64,000 nucleotides of DNA from Lama glama (lineage: Eukaryota): positions 38,440,001-38,504,000 of the forward strand of contig CM052839.1 in NCBI GenBank assembly GCA_028534125.1. Direction: 5' to 3'. The first letter of the stretch is position 1, and each line of letters starts with the position of its first letter. Position numbers and translations under genes: made by a program. Below the pieces are notes generated by a model. It made no database searches and was not told the DNA's origin. It worked only from the letters and a program-made list of their open reading frames with translations. This document shows positions 11,792 to 23,928 of the stretch, in pieces.

Positions 11792-14700
11792 CGTCTTTGG
11801 CTTGCTATGGAATGGAAGGACAGTTCCACTGAGTGAAGCAGTTCTACTCTGCTCCGCCAGCCAAAGCAACACTGCAACTTTCTTCACGCTCTCCAGATTT
11901 CCTGGGGTAGAAGTTAAGATCCCAATTTACTGTATCTTCGAATAATGGGCTACTTGGGACCAGATCCTCCGAAGAGGCTTGCTGAAGTCCATTCTCTCTA
12001 GGCTGGGGGGCAAATGAGATCTTCCCTCCCCTTCATGACAAGAGTCCTCACCAAAGAATGCTCACAAACCCCCACATTTTATATCCGCAACGTGGGCGGA
12101 GGAGAAGAGGAGGTGCGGGACAGACGGCGAGGCCTACTCTGACGGTTCCTCCAGGGTGGACTGTGTCATGCTCGCATGGTTCTGGTTTCCCTTGGCACCC
12201 AGCGGGGGCTTCCGTTTTAGCAATTCAGTGCATACACACAAGTCGTGGTTAAATAAGCATTCACAGTTGAGTCCACCTCACTTTAAAGCCTCTGTTCTTT
12301 TCAGTAAAAGTCGTCTGGTTTGGTGATTGACTTTATGGTAAGAAACATACCTGAAAAAAATCTAATGCAAAAAATGAAATGCACCTTTCCTAAAATATGG
12401 GTTTTAAGGGATTGTTCTACAGGACAAGGAAATCCTTAAGAGATTCCAGTTCATCCCCTCCTATCTGTTGGCTAATATTACTGTCCTCTCAGACTGAGAG
12501 CTAGTCCTTTCATACTTGTTGGAGATGGTCCAACCCTTGCAGATCTCAGAAAGTAACTGAAGATTTCTAGCAAAGGCCCATGCATTTTAATTTATGTAAA
12601 GAATATATTTTTAAAATTCTTAAATAGGGAACAATTTTAAACTCCATTACTTTTAGTGATACAGAACGCAAGAGAGAGTTGAGGAGATTTTTTTATTCTG
12701 ACTGTGGTCTCTAGTAAAATTGTATAAAATTATATTGTAGTGATTATCTGAAAAAAGATTTTGGAGGGAGCCCAAGAGTTCTCTGGTTTTACCTTGATTA
12801 GAAAATATTGAGGGTCAAATAAAAGTTAAAAGTACCTCTTAAGACTTTTAACAGAGTTATTGCTGTCCAGATTAGGGGAAACATAAATTCTAAGAAACTC
12901 CAAAATGCAAAGTACAAAAATGTACTGATCTCAGTGAAGGATGTTTAGAATCAGTTGGAAAGAAATGGCAAGTGAAAAAGGAGGAGACAGTGGGGACCAA
13001 TATTCCAACATGGGAGTGGAGATGTTTGTGTGGTTCTCCTGTTTTTTTTTTTTTAACCATTGGAAACTTGACTTGATGAGGCTAACAGTTTTAGCACAAA
13101 TAGGGATAATGCTAAATGATGGTATTTTTACTGCAAAAAGACTCAGGTAGCGTTTAGAACATGCAGGTCTGGGTTCACAGTGAAGTTGGGTAAACTCATC
13201 AAAAACTATTGCGCCTCTGTGTAATGGAATTGATTATAGAGAACGTGGCTTTGCCCGGAAGTTAACTCCTTCCAGATCATTTCTGGGGCTACTAACATGA
13301 AAACTAAAAGTTACTAGTGGCCATTTTTGCCTAAAAATTGTACCGTACCCAGCTGCTCTGTTGCTGGTTCACGAGAAAGCTATCAAAATTCTTTATTTTA
13401 ATCATGACGAGGAATTCCCTAAATGATTCCTTTCGCCAGTGATCACATTCACCTCTGCGTCTAATGAATGAGATGTGCTTTTTCCCAGAAATAATGTTTT
13501 CATTACTATTAATGAGCAGCGGCTTTTATTAATCCCAGACAAAAAGACGGTTCAAGAAACATCAGGAGAGGACATTCTGGGTTTTGTTTTGCCTTGTTTT
13601 ATTTATCCGCTCTAATGCTAATGATCTGGAAGAAAACATCATTTCATTATTTTTCTCCTTCCACAGTATTGTAGTGTTTAAGCAATCCCTGCAGCAGAAT
13701 CCTCCTGTTTTGGAAAAGGCCCAGTAGCCAACGGCCCTAAACAGAAGTCAGTAAAATGAATCACCAACGCAGAGGAGCCTTGCTTCTGAAAATGATTACC
13801 ATCCCTTTTCCACTTGTGCTTTTATAAATAACAAATTTAAGTTTTAAACGCCGTGCTCCACTTCTTTGGACGCCGCATTCATGGGATCATCTCACCTTTT
13901 ACTGGGGGTGTGGGGGAGGGCCGCCAGAAACCGTTTCTGATACTGAAGCACGTTCAGTGCACTTTTGGTTCCCATGCAAAAAATTCAGTTCCTTTGAGCC
14001 ATTTTCCCTGGAGGTTTCTGCTGATGTGCTTCCCTCTAACCAGCCTGCAGCAAAACAAAAACAGAAACAAAAACCTGGTTGCCCAGCAGTGCAGAAAGCG
14101 AAGAAACGAGATGACTAGTGACATGTTCTGTGCCATCAGTTTTTTGAAGATGTGATGGGACATGGAGGTTCCTCCTTGTACCTGACTCGCCCCCACAGCA
14201 AACCTTGAATGACTCTGGCCCAAGGCTGGACAGTCAGAGGCTCAATGTCATCCATCAAGTGGAACAGATAATCCCCGACTGCAGAAAGTTAGCTGCTTTT
14301 AACATTATCTGCTCTTGCCCCTCTCTGTTGAGGGTAACAAACAGCTTAATTTGCTTCTTGGAAAGTTTATTACATCACTGTAGGGTTCAGCAAATTTGAG
14401 ATCCAATTAAGATGTCTTTTTAAGATTACATTTTTATAACCTAATATTGTAACTTCTAGAATATTCAACATCTTGTTTTAATTCTAATGAATATCTTAGT
14501 CACCTCACTTTATTTTTTAAAATCTGTAACTTACATGTTTCAATTAGAGGAATGTTATTAGGCACCCATTAAAATTTAAAAACGGAAGTTTCCATTATTC
14601 AGGAAATAAATTTCTCAGTGAGTAGGTGTACCACTTGTCCCCCCATTAATAAAGCAACATTATACATTCGTTTAATTGTACTTGTTGATAATCTCTACCC

Positions 14701-15644
14701 CAAATATTAATCCAGCCTGAATGTACTCTGTGTGTGTGTGTGTGAGTTGGTTAGAATGCACTGACACTTGCTTTAACCATCCACACCAAGATGCACTAAA
14801 CTTAGCTTTTGTTGAAGACAAGACATTCTGTCTAGACTGAATTATCTGACTTACCCGTGATAACAAGAACCCTTCCTGCATCTTCCTAAAAGCCGGTGCA
14901 TAATTTGCAGCATCTTTTGCACCTGTCTCAAGTAAGCACAGCTGTCGTCTCTGCACCGGACGTGGGTTTCTTCGGCAGATACTTGCTGTTCACATAGGTC
15001 AGTCTTATTCCCTGGAGCCTCAAAAGTGAAGCTCTTAGATTCGAGACCTCTGCCTCATACATGAATTCTCTCTTCCAGTTATTTGAGTCCCGGAGACTCG
15101 GAGAGTCAGCAGCATTAAAAGGAATATGGCAATATTCAGCATCTCTGTCAAAGGGTGCCCTCGGGTTTCTAAACCACTCCTGACTGGCTGGTGTTCCAAG
15201 CCGGCATCATTAAAATGAGCCATTCACCTCCCAATCTTTCTTTAAAAATCCCACATCTATTGTGTGGAATGGCTGGGCATCAAATTTATTAGTTAGATAC
15301 CTGTTTGTAAGAGAACTCTTCCCAACATTACCATGTCCAGGTAGCTTTGCCTTAAAAAGTGATACTTTCCCTGCCTTTGCTGATCACAAGCCCTTTGGTT
15401 TCACAGCTCTCAACTGTTTGGTTTAGGGACCATCAACACCTCTTCACCACCTTCAGGTCTGAGGAAGCCACAGGGAGCTCCTTGGCTTGGCCCGTCCTGG
15501 AGAGGCTGTGGAAGGTGGGAACGTCAGGGATGACACAGAGACAAAAGGCTGGAGTTACAGTTTTGATGGGGGAAAAAATCAATTATTTAGACCATAATTT
15601 TGTCCTTTAAAAATGGACAATGTTAGAAGATAGGACTGCATGGG

Positions 15645-15649
<5 letters not shown>

Positions 15650-15694
<45 letters not shown>

Positions 15695-15695
15695 C
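15650..15695. repeat. (CA)n microsatellite
   Basis: About 22 AC units with one interruption. Confidence 0.95.
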
Positions 15696-15993
15696 AAAGC
15701 TAAGGAGGCAGGATGGCCCTCGTACAAAAATTTGTAATTTTGAGATTAAAGACCTGGGTTTACATTTTAGCTCAGAGTTTTACCAGATGTTTTTTGATGA
15801 GGCAGTTACCATCTCCCAGCTTCAGCTTCTCCTTAGAAAAACAGAAATGCTCTCCACCTATAGGATCAACCCCTTGCTCAGAGCAGCCATGCATCACATT
15901 GTAGTGACTGAAGTGCCAGGAAGGAAAAAGAGAAGGATGAGGTTAGTGACTCTAGCTTGGATTTTTTTAGCTGACTCAGGAATAGGACTGAAT

Positions 15994-16160
15994 TTTTTTT
16001 AACTTTGTATGTCATTCCTTTGTCTTCTTTCCTTTTTTTTTTTGAAGTACAGTCAGTTACAGTGTGTCAATTTCTGGTGCACAGAACAATGTCCCAGTCA
16101 TGCATGTATATACATATATTCATTTTCATATTCTTTTTCATTAAAGGTTATTACAAGATA
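15994..16160 (-). mobile_element. 5'-truncated lineage L1 3' end
   Basis: T-run + GAAGTACAGTCAGTTACAGTGTGTCAATTTCTGGTG, similar to the copy at 28047-28243; probable TSD AGGACTGAAT (15984-15993) / AGGAATGAAT (16161-16170). Confidence 0.8.
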
Positions 16161-16206
16161 AGGAATGAATGTTTAGCCAGAACTTTCTTTTGTATAATTT
16201 ATTTTG

Positions 16207-16374
16207 TTTTATTTTATTTTAAAATTTTATTTCTTTTAGTTTTTTTGGAGGGGGTAATTAGGTTTATTTATTTATTTACATTTTTTCGGGGGGAGGGAGG
16301 TACTGGGGATTGAACCCAGGGCCTCGTTGCATGTTAAGCATGTGCTCTACCACTTTGAGCTATACCCTCCCCCC
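16207..16374 (-). mobile_element. Vic-1-like SINE
   Basis: Full head and GGTAATTAGGTTTATTT tail motif; 17-bp TSD TTGTATAATTTATTTTG at 16190-16206 and 16375-16391. Confidence 0.93.
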
Positions 16375-16515
16375 TTGTATAATTTATTTTGAATGGGATC
16401 CACTTATTAGTGATTCATTCTATAATAATAGATATTAATTACTCGGGAAGAAGACACAGTATTACGTATGTATAAAATAAATACAGGATCTAGGTAGGGC
16501 AGGCATAGCGCGACC

Positions 16516-16529
16516 CTGCCATCTTGTGG
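16516..16529 (-). promoter_or_regulatory. Candidate CTCF motif
   Basis: Minus strand CCACAAGATGGCAG, with several retained CpGs nearby in AT-rich DNA. Confidence 0.5.
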
Positions 16530-16759
16530 TAGCATGGGGTTTGACGGCGGTATCATTTTCTCAAGTACGAGTTTTAATCTAATGATATGGCCCCATGGCA
16601 CCCTTCCCCCAAAATAAAGAAAGCAAAATAGTAAATAAATAACTAAACAAAACAGAAGAGTTTTTTAAATCAGCATACGCCTTATTCAGCAACGTTGGTG
16701 CTTTTATTTATTTAGTTTTTTGGGAATTAACTGATATTTTTTTTCCCCTTAAGAAGCAA

Positions 16760-16900
16760 TCCATTGACTGACTGATTCTTTCAACAGCATTGACTGAGTG
16801 CTTTCTGTATACCAAGCACTGTGTTAGACCCTGGAGGTATATGTGGCTTAACGAGAATAGGTTTCTCTCCTTGAATAGCTCAAGATCTAAGGGAGAGTGA
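16760..16900 (-). mobile_element. L2 3' relic
   Basis: TTCAACAGCATTGACTGAGTGCTTTCTGTATACCAAGCACTGTGTTAG resembles the reverse-complemented L2 3' end. Confidence 0.55.
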
Positions 16901-17142
16901 CTGTTATTACACTGTGAAGGGTCATGACTGGGGGGTTCCCTCAGAGGAGACTTAGAAAAAGAGAGAGAAAAAAAAACTAGAGATAAATCTTAAACATTGG
17001 AAATTAATCTAGATTAATCTAAATTAATTATTCTAGAACTTAGCCAAGCAGAGTAAAACCAGGGGAAGTGGGATAAATGGAAGAAGTAGACTCAAGGCAG
17101 AGGGGATTACCATAGAAAGAGAAAGAGTAAAAACTTCAGCTC

Positions 17143-17534
17143 AAATGAAACAATGCCATTTCCAGCAACATGGGTAGACCTAGATATTATCATGCTAAGG
17201 GAAGTAAGTCAGACAGAGAAAGTCTTAAATGTGGGATCTAAAAAATGATATGATACAGACATAGAAAACTTATGGTTACCGAAGGGGAAAGGAGGGAGGA
17301 GAGAGGGATAAATTGGGAGTTTGGGATTAGCGGATACAAACAACTATATATAAAATAAAACAACAAGGTCCTACTGTATAGGACAGAGAACTACATTCAA
17401 TAGATTGCAATAACCTGTAACATAAAAGAATATGAAAGAGAAAATATATAAACATGTAACTGAATCACTATGCTGTACACCAGAAAGTAACACAACATTG
17501 TAAATCAACTATGCTTCAGTCAAAAGAAAAAAAA
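17143..17534 (+). mobile_element. L1 ORF2 end and 3'UTR fragment (cetartiodactyl type)
   Basis: AATGCCATTTCCAGCAACATGGGTAGACCTAGA...GTAAATCAACTATGCTTC followed by an A tail. Confidence 0.88.
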
Positions 17535-17538
17535 TTCA

Positions 17539-17673
17539 GGGGATAGAGTATATAGCTCAGTGGTAGAACGCATGCTTGGCATGCATGAGGTCCTGGGTTC
17601 AACCCCCAGTATCTCCATTAAAATACATAAATCAGTAAATAAACCTAATTATCACCCCAATTTTTTTTAAATT
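17539..17673 (+). mobile_element. Vic-1-like SINE inserted at the L1 tail
   Basis: TATAGCTCAGTGGTAGAAC...GGTTCAACCCCCAG...AAATAAACCTAATTA. Confidence 0.9.
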
Positions 17674-18009
17674 AGTTCAGTTCTTAACGAATTCACCACT
17701 CATTTGCCAGGTGTCCTGCTAGATGCTGGGACACCACAGGAGACAAGAGGCCAACATTGTTTCTGCCAAGATGAAAATTACTTTTCCCAAGGGAATTGAT
17801 AGACATGAGATGAATGCAAAAAAAAAAAAAGAAAGAAAAAAAAAAGGAGGGGGTGGGGAGAGTAGATTGTGCTCAGACAAAGGGATCTGCCCTGATTCTA
17901 AAGGTTAGAAAGGTCGGAAAAGACTGCCATGATGAAGTGAAATCTAATTTAAAGAATGAAGGAAGAATAAACAGTAAGCAGGTAAAAGGAGGGGATGCTT
18001 GTTTACATA

Positions 18010-18910
18010 ACAAAAGACTGCCAAAAATATATTAAGCAAAATGACAGAACTGAAAGGAAAAACAGACAAGCTTACCAGCATCCTTGAAGGCTATAGAATG
18101 TCAGAATGAGTAGCCAGGTAATCAGCGAGGATATAAAAGACCTGACAATCAAACTGACCTACTGAACAGCATCAACAGACGTAGAAAAAGTGCTCAACAC
18201 TCAACACCCATCAATCATGAAAACTGCTATTGCTAGCGTACTAGGAGTTTCCTTAACTTGCAGAAAGGAATCAGCAACAAAACAGAAAAACTACAGCCAG
18301 CAGCAGACTGAATGGTGAAAGACAATATTTTTCTTCTTGAGATCACAAGTGTTCGGGCAGCTATGTCCACCACCACCAATTCTATTCGGCACGTTGAAAT
18401 AGTGATGGTGATGCTAAAAATAGAAAACCAAAATCACCATCCATGTAAGTAAATGAGACTCCACCTCAATTAAAAATTTTGCTCTGTGAAAGGAACGGCT
18501 AAGGAAATAGAAAGACAAGCCACAAAATGGGAGGAATGATTTGCCAATCACACATCTGATAAAAGGCTTGTATCTAAAACCTATAAAGATTTCTTACAAT
18601 ACTACAATAAGAAAAAAAAACAATCAAATTAAAAAGGGAACAGAAGAGTCAAACAGACATCACAGCAGTGGAAATATAAAGATGGTAAATAACCATAAGA
18701 AAAGATGCTCAACTTGTCAGCCATTAAGGAAATGCAAACTAAACCACAATGAGTTACCCCTATACAACTCTGAGAACGGTTACAATTAAGGGGGGAAATG
18801 ATAATATCAAAGTCTGGCAAGGGTATGTATGTTACAACAGGTTTTAGAACATGTGTTTATTCATCACTGTTGAGAATACAAAATGCTAGAGCCACTTTTA
18901 AAATAGTTTA
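18010..18910 (+). mobile_element. Old L1 ORF2 relic with multiple internal deletions
   Basis: Decayed pieces of the EN region, RT motifs (EKAFDKIQHP-like, CPLSPLLF-like) and the C-terminal region in colinear order. Confidence 0.7.
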
Positions 18911-18959
18911 TTATAATGTTGAATATAGACTTTACATTAGCCATCAATGTCCTTCCCAG

Positions 18960-19670
18960 ACAGAACCTTCGTACAATCTCTCTCACCATCACCCCTCCTC
19001 ATCCCCAGGTAAACACTCATCTTTTTCTTTAACTAAAAATGAATTTGCATTTCAAGAAATTTATACAATAAAAGCACGCAGTATGTACTTTTTAAATGTC
19101 TTTTACGCAGCATAACAAAGTGAAGATTCATCCATGTTGTTGCGTGTATCAATAGCTCATTCATTTTTATTGGTAAGTGGTATTCCATGATAGGGATATA
19201 GCTTAAACTTTTAATCTGTCTTGTAACTGATGAACATTTGTCTTGTTTCCACTTTTTGACAATTACAAATAAAGCTGCTATGAATATTTGTGTACAAGTC
19301 TGTGTTTGGACACGTTTCATTTTTCTCTGTAGAGACCCAGAAGTGTAGTGGCTGGCCCATATGGTAGACACATATTTGACATTTAAAATAGACTGCCGAA
19401 TTGCTTTCCAAACCGATGGTATCATTTTATATTCCCACCAACAGTAATATGAGAGTTCCAGTTCCTCCACATCTTTTCCGTCACTTATTATAATCAATCT
19501 TTTTCATTTTAGCCTAATACGTAAGAAATGGTGTTGCCCCGTAGCTTTTAGCCTGCATTTCTCCAGTGACTAACAGTAGTGATCACCTTTCTTTTCCCCC
19601 ATGCTTATTTATTTGCCATCATATATCTTTTCTGGTCAAGGGTCTGTTCAAATATTCTCCCCATTCTTAA
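18960..19670 (-). mobile_element. Old L1M (L1MC/ME-type) 3' fragment
   Basis: GATTCATCCATGTTGTTGCGTGTATCAATAG...TATTCCCACCAACAG...CCAGTTCCTCCACATC; ORF 19033-19497 reads like a decayed L1 ORF2 C-terminus (TCTQIFIAALFVIVKKWKQ). Confidence 0.88.
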
Positions 19671-19689
19671 CTGTGTGATTTGCAGAATC

Positions 19690-20061
19690 TGTTTAAAGAC
19701 TGCTGGCAATCGTAGTCAGTGAGGATGCTTTGGAAAGCCAGCCCGGTGAAGTCACGTCTTTGAAATTCAGAGGGTGCACTGCAGCCTCGCTCCCATGAAC
19801 ACATTTCTGAAAGCTAGTCAATCAACACTAAGCTCACCTGGATAAGCACACGTTCACACGTTTATAGCTGACATCAATCACCTCCGACTGTGAAAGTCTG
19901 CCAATCCCCGGACTCTACCTCTTCCAAATCCCTATATAACATAAGCTTCCTGCCTTGCAATCGGGGAGACCATGCCTAAAAAGCACAGCTTTACTTAAGC
20001 AAGTCATAAATTCAGCTTTCTCTTCCCCCCAAATGTTGAGTGGTGTCCTCTTCCTTCAACA
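19690..20061 (+). mobile_element. Possible ancient ERV1-type solo LTR, family unassigned
   Basis: CCAAT, TATATAA (19933-19939), GGGGAGAC R-like motif, CATAAA and an ...AACA end in LTR order; start and TSD not resolved. Confidence 0.45.
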
Positions 20062-21469
20062 CCACTGAACGTATCTCAAATTTATTTTTTAATGCATGCT
20101 TTGTGACTCAGAAGAAATTGCTTTTCCTGTCCTCAAAGAAAGGAAATTTCTTTATCATCATTGATGGGTGAGTTCATCCTTTCTTCACATATTGAAATAT
20201 CTTCTTTGTCATGAACTAAATTCCAGTATATTCTTGATTCTATCCAGAGCACTCAATAATGGTCTTCTCTGCATTTCCCAGAAGTTGTTTTTCTTTTTTT
20301 CCAGGAAACTCAAGTGCTAATTTGCTACCAAACTCTGCTGTACCCTTCCCAGCGGGGTCTCTCTACTGCAGTCGCACATCATGCAGAAATCAGGCTGTGC
20401 GATCCAACTCGAGGCAGTCAGCTCATTCAATCTCAGAGCTGAATCCTTTCCACTCTTTTCTTTGATCAAGAAGCAGCTTCTTAACATACTCTTGGGCTTG
20501 CCCATGGAAAACAGGGACAGAACAAATGGATTGGAAGAGAGAAAAAGCGAAGAAGAAGAAAAAAATAGGTATTTTCTTTCCTGGCCAATCAGAAGGTTTT
20601 TATTCTCAATTCAGAGTCTGTGATGCTTCATGAAATCAGGGGTGTTGTGGGTTTTTTTTTTGTCTTGGATGCCTAGCAACTAGAACGATGACTCCATGTG
20701 GTCGACACTGAGTATTTGTGAGATGAATGAATGAATGAAATAAGTTTTGTCCTCCTGTGTGTATTTAGGCTAAGCACATAACAGGATAAAGCTGAGATGT
20801 TACTCTTAATTACAAGTGATCATAAAGTGGTTGGGCAGACAACTTAACAAAGAGCGTTTGTGAATTAAATATAAAGTTTACACCACAGCATATCACCAGA
20901 CGAGAAATGACTATCTGCCAGTCGAGTGGTGCAGACCAGGAATACCTGGAGACGTATAAAGAACAGTGGATTTCAAAAATCTAGGCTGGCTGGACAGAGG
21001 TCTACACCTGGACTCGAAACGATGTGGGTTTTTTAAAAACATGAAATTCTCACTTCCGATTTCCTTAGACATGATACGTGTTGCTTCCTCCTCCAATTCA
21101 ATTTTTTCATTAAGTAGCACCTTCATCCCTTAGTGCTTGAATCCTCCCACTTCCTGGCCAATATCTCCTGGTAGATCCCATCTCAGGTAAGAGATGCTCC
21201 AAGGCCAATCAGAAAAGAATAAAGAAAATGTTGTTCCCAGATTTTTTTTTTAAGATGGACTCAGCATATTTTCATTCGGTTCCTCCAAACACTGTAATTT
21301 TCTCAATATTCTTAAAATCTTTCAAGCCTTGAAAATAACCTCATTAAGAATATGATAGTTCATTGCCTAGAAGATACATTTATTATACTCAATTTCTTGT
21401 TGCTCTTGTTGTTTTATTGTTATTAAAATAATAATTCTAGTAGGGTATAATAATCTAGCACATTAAAAA

Positions 21470-21780
21470 AAAAAACCAGAAGAGATTAAGGAGATATGGT
21501 ATGAAATGTGATGTGGTATCCTGAATTGGATCCTAGAACAGAAAAGGGACATAAATGGGAAATCCGGTGAAATCCAAATGTGGTCTGAAGTTAGTCAATA
21601 GCAATAATTAATAGCAATGTACCAAAGTTTGTTTCTTAGTTCGGACAAATGAACCACTGAAAAGTTAAGATTTTCACATAAGGGGAAATTGGATAAGGTA
21701 TACATGGGAACTCTTATATTATCTTCACAAAATTTCTGTAAATGTAAAATTGTTCCAAAAATACGTTTATGAAAAATTAA
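21470..21780 (+). mobile_element. L1ME/MC-type 3'UTR
   Basis: AAATGTGATGTGGTATCCTGAATTGGATCCTAGAACAGAAA...TTTCTGTAAATGTAAAATTGTTCCAAAA. Confidence 0.75.
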
Positions 21781-23901
21781 ACGTATAACCATACATTTCA
21801 GTAAACGTATTAGAGTGACTTTTCAATTATCTTGTCACTTCTAAAATGAAACTATCGTATTCATTATGTTTTGTTCACTCTGTGTAGTTCATTGAAAGTT
21901 CTCAAGAAATACTTGCCAAGTCACTCAATTACAAGTTATTTTCGGTTTCCAACACAAAAAGAAAATTGTATTCTCCACTCTGGCCACTAGAGTGGAGTAT
22001 CAGCACATCACTGAAGACTCGTTCATCATCAATAGGGAAAAACTACCATCTGAAAACTACTGACATTTGAAAAATGTTCAGATACACGGGAAAAGGAAGA
22101 ACCCCTAGTATTGTGATTAAGATCAAGAAAGATCTGAACTGACTGTGGAGAGGAATCCCGTATATACTGAGATATACAGGGAAAAAAATAATAAAAGTGG
22201 AAAAAATTTCAGCCATTTATTTAAACATTTCCAGACACGGATATAAGTGCAGTTGGGGAGATAGCACACATCTGGAGAATTAAGGGACATCTATCTTTCC
22301 CCAGACATTAGTGAAGCATGCAGTGTCTGAAACCACCACGGTACAGAAGGCTCAACTGATCAGTAGGGTGCCGTCAGGGCTAAGTGCGGGAGAACCGTTT
22401 AGACACTTAGAGGACCAAACGGCATTCCTCCTGCCACTTTCTTTCTTACACTTCCCATCATTCAGGAAATAAAAGTACTTTCTAGTATCAGCCAGTGCAA
22501 TGTGTAACTAGGAAGGCAAACTTAAAACCAAAAAGGAATTAGAATGTATTTCTGTGTCCAAAAAAAAACAGGTTGCTTTGTAGTTTCCAGTTTGTCAATT
22601 GCATTTTTCAGTTTGAGTAATTTGGACATCTGTCATATTTTGGATACTATACCGATCAGATTCTCTGTAAAAACTCTCTCAATAAAGATTGATACCACTA
22701 TCAGAGGAAACCAGAAATCTTTCAGGAAGATTATATATTAGACTTACACAGAGTGAAGTCTTTGTGGATTCACTGCCTCATACCACATGGTTTAGACGTG
22801 GACGGTGCTGAGAGATGCAAATAATGATTCACTCTTGTCCATTTTCGGATGCAAGCTTTTCGATATGTGTTGTGTGTCCGTGCTGCTTTACCTGCTTTTC
22901 AAGTTAAAAGATGCTAGAGGTCTGGGAGATTATTCCTGTCCCAACTGTAAGGAAAATCCATAGACCAGGGAAAGGTGTAACTATAGACACTCACTCTTTT
23001 TAAATAGAGAAAACTTACTGGCAATAGTTGAGAAACAAGGGTCCTGACACTGACATTTTTACTGCTGAAGAAATTATTAACATGCAACATGATTTTTTCC
23101 TAACAACAGGGCCTACTCGTTTTTATTTTTTGTGCATATTCTCTGCGGTTGAAATTTAGACAATGTTTGAGCAATGTTTTCCCTGTCGATGGCCAACCAC
23201 ATACAAATCTCAGAAAGAGTCACTTTCTCATGAGTGATCTCCAATGACAACATTCCCTTTTATACTCCCCTTTTCTTTATGCCCATATCCACCTATTTAC
23301 TCTAAATCCAGGATATCTGCAGCCAAAATTCCAATCGGTGGCATTTCCAAGACTGACACTTAATAGATCAGGACCTTTAATGCCTGAGGCTTAGGTGTGT
23401 CATTAAAAAGTATTTTTTTCAGGAATGTTGATCATTCTGTGAATCAGTCCTTTCTGCATAGTGGGAAATTGCCTCTTCTTACCAATTTCCCCATACTAAT
23501 TAATCAACAGGTACAGTTATAAGCAAATTCCTTGCCAGTCATTGGACAGTTGCAAGACAGCATTTTTGGGGTCAGATACCTGGATAATGACTTGTGGACA
23601 TTTTTTGAGCCAGAAAGACAAAGAATAGTAAGTACACTGGAAACTTTCTGCAGGCATAAGTCTCCAGTGGAATTCTGTGGATCTTCCACTCAAGCAAGGG
23701 GGAAAGGGGCAGTCCTACTGAGCTCTTCGGCAGGGAGGAAAATGAGACGCTGGGAGTGGGGCTCCTGACCCAGTGGTGGCACCTCCACCGTGCTGTGATT
23801 CCTCAACGTACTCAGACTCTTCCTGTAGATGTTACCCTTTGTAACGTGTGTTACAAATAAAAGGAAGAAAGTATGTATCTAGATTGCCTTTGTTGTCGTT
23901 C

Positions 23902-23928
23902 TGTTTTGTTTTGTTTTGTTTTGTTTTT
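23902..23928. repeat. (GTTTT)n repeat
   Basis: About 5 units. Confidence 0.85.

Noticed and set aside
21973-21997. 9-bp inverted repeat CTCCACTCT/AGAGTGGAG with partial CTCF resemblance
   Set aside because: Roughly chance level in 64 kb; the CTCF core is mismatched at key positions.
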